Shown: positions 62,721 to 64,000 of the stretch, piece after piece
How positions within the stretch are numbered: position 1 is the stretch's first letter
Layout of the letters: each line of letters opens with the position of its first letter
Assembly: GCA_964188305.1 (NCBI GenBank)
Contig: OZ076886.1
Source of the DNA: Podarcis bocagei
Lineage: Eukaryota
Reading direction: 5' to 3' (one strand)
Length of the DNA: 64,000 nt
Made by a program: the position numbers and the translations under genes
Notes under the pieces: model-generated
The model's database searches: none
What the model saw: the letters and a program-made list of their open reading frames with translations, nothing else
What the model was told of the DNA's origin: nothing

Positions 62721-64000
62721 ATTGGCTGAGCTGATGAGATATGGAATCCAACAACATTTGGGGAGCCACAAGCAGATTTGGATTGGTGGTGCAGGGAGAG
62801 GAAAAGGAGAGGAAGGCGGTGAAGGTGGAAGTCTTTGCACTAACAGGATGACTTCATTGGTTTCCACCCCTTCAGTGCTTTGTAAGGGTGTGTTGGTAAG
62901 CCCAGAGATGAAGGCTTGGCATCAGTGCTAGCTTTCTAGATTCTCTGCATCTGTTACTGGAGAGACATATCATTTGCTCAGCTGACTCTGTTGAGTGTGT
63001 CCAATGTTTAAAAAATGTAGATGGGCTGTAAGGGTTGGGGTGCAAAGCTCTGGTGTCCCCTTCCTATTTTTCCAAGCTCTATGGTTGTTGTTTTTTCGTC
63101 ATTTTGCTTGATGGAAGCCATTTCCTTATTCCATATCATGCAATATGCTTTCCCCAATGCAGCCTTATGTCATGCCATGTAATAACCTAGTCTATTCCCA
63201 CTTTCCCTTTCTCATATGCCAAATAACACCTATGACACTGCTGTGTGCCACAAGGTTCAAGGTGACAACAGTGATGGAATAACTGCCTGCTTCATTGCAG
63301 TCCTCAGACCAGCCTGCAGACCTCATTGCGGTATTCAGGCTGCCAGCTTCAGCTACTTCTGCAGTCCTGGATAGCTTCTCCTCTCCCTGCTATCATCCTA
63401 TTTCCATTTCAGCTGTGTGAGCCTGATAATAAGGAAGTTACAACAGACAGCCTAAGGACCTTCATTTATTCTACAGATTGGAGCATGCCATAGCTGCAGT
63501 TAGTTACCTGTGGAGTTTAACTTCTCTGCAAAGCGGGTGAAATGCAAATCAAAAGAATGAGGGTGGTACACTTCCCTTTTAAAATTTTTGTTAGCATTTA
63601 AAGACATGGGAAATATTGCAAGAGGAAGGCTTTTTTATTTTATTTTTAAAATGAAGGAGATGAAGGACAGCAAACCATGGCACAAGATGCTCCACATAAC
63701 ATGAAAGGAATGAAATCTTAATAGTTTTAGCTGCAAAGTAGCAACTAGAACTTCAGGCTACTATGTTTTACCTTTAACATTTCTGCTCCATATAAATCAA
63801 GACACATACTTGGGATGGAACCTTTTTTATTTTTTGCTTTGAATTTATTCATCTGTGAAAAACTACTCCCTTGCCCTCTATTTCATAGTGACAATTACAA
63901 GAATCATCACTTGATCAATAAGCATGCATATCTTGAAGGACTGTGGGGAAAGATCACACTTTTTTTTACCCTTAACCAGCCTGAAGGTGAGCATAAAACA

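Noticed and set aside
1-64000. CRISPR arrays, rRNA, prokaryotic operons
   Set aside because: No repeat-spacer arrays or rRNA motifs; the window is eukaryotic intronic and intergenic DNA.

Overview
Vertebrate genomic DNA from a squamate, probably a lacertid lizard (inferred from six Sauria SINEs, tRNA-head/CR1-tail SINEs, BovB, L2, L1, CR1 and hAT/TcMar MITEs). Most ORFs in the supplied track are spurious or transposon-derived. Only the L2 RT ORF (12452-14395) and the L1 ORF2 C-terminus (42664-43539) are clearly recognisable. Reading splice signals on the minus strand gives a candidate multi-exon gene that the ORF track misses. It has a CpG-island promoter with MEF2 and CCAAT sites (~36.3-36.9 kb), non-coding exons at ~36266-36450 and 26871-26960, a 70-nt signal-peptide coding segment (15919-15988), a 171-nt phase-1/1 exon ending in a GC donor (4907-5077) and a possible terminal exon (1621-1667). 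Joined, these encode a ~95-aa putative secreted protein I cannot name. Other notable items: a Penelope-type minimal hammerhead ribozyme in the sense orientation of intron 1, a three-layer nested hAT composite carrying CpG-island-like cargo, a TSD-bounded non-autonomous L1-type retroposon, a 9-nt microexon-like signal on the + strand, and a solo LTR.
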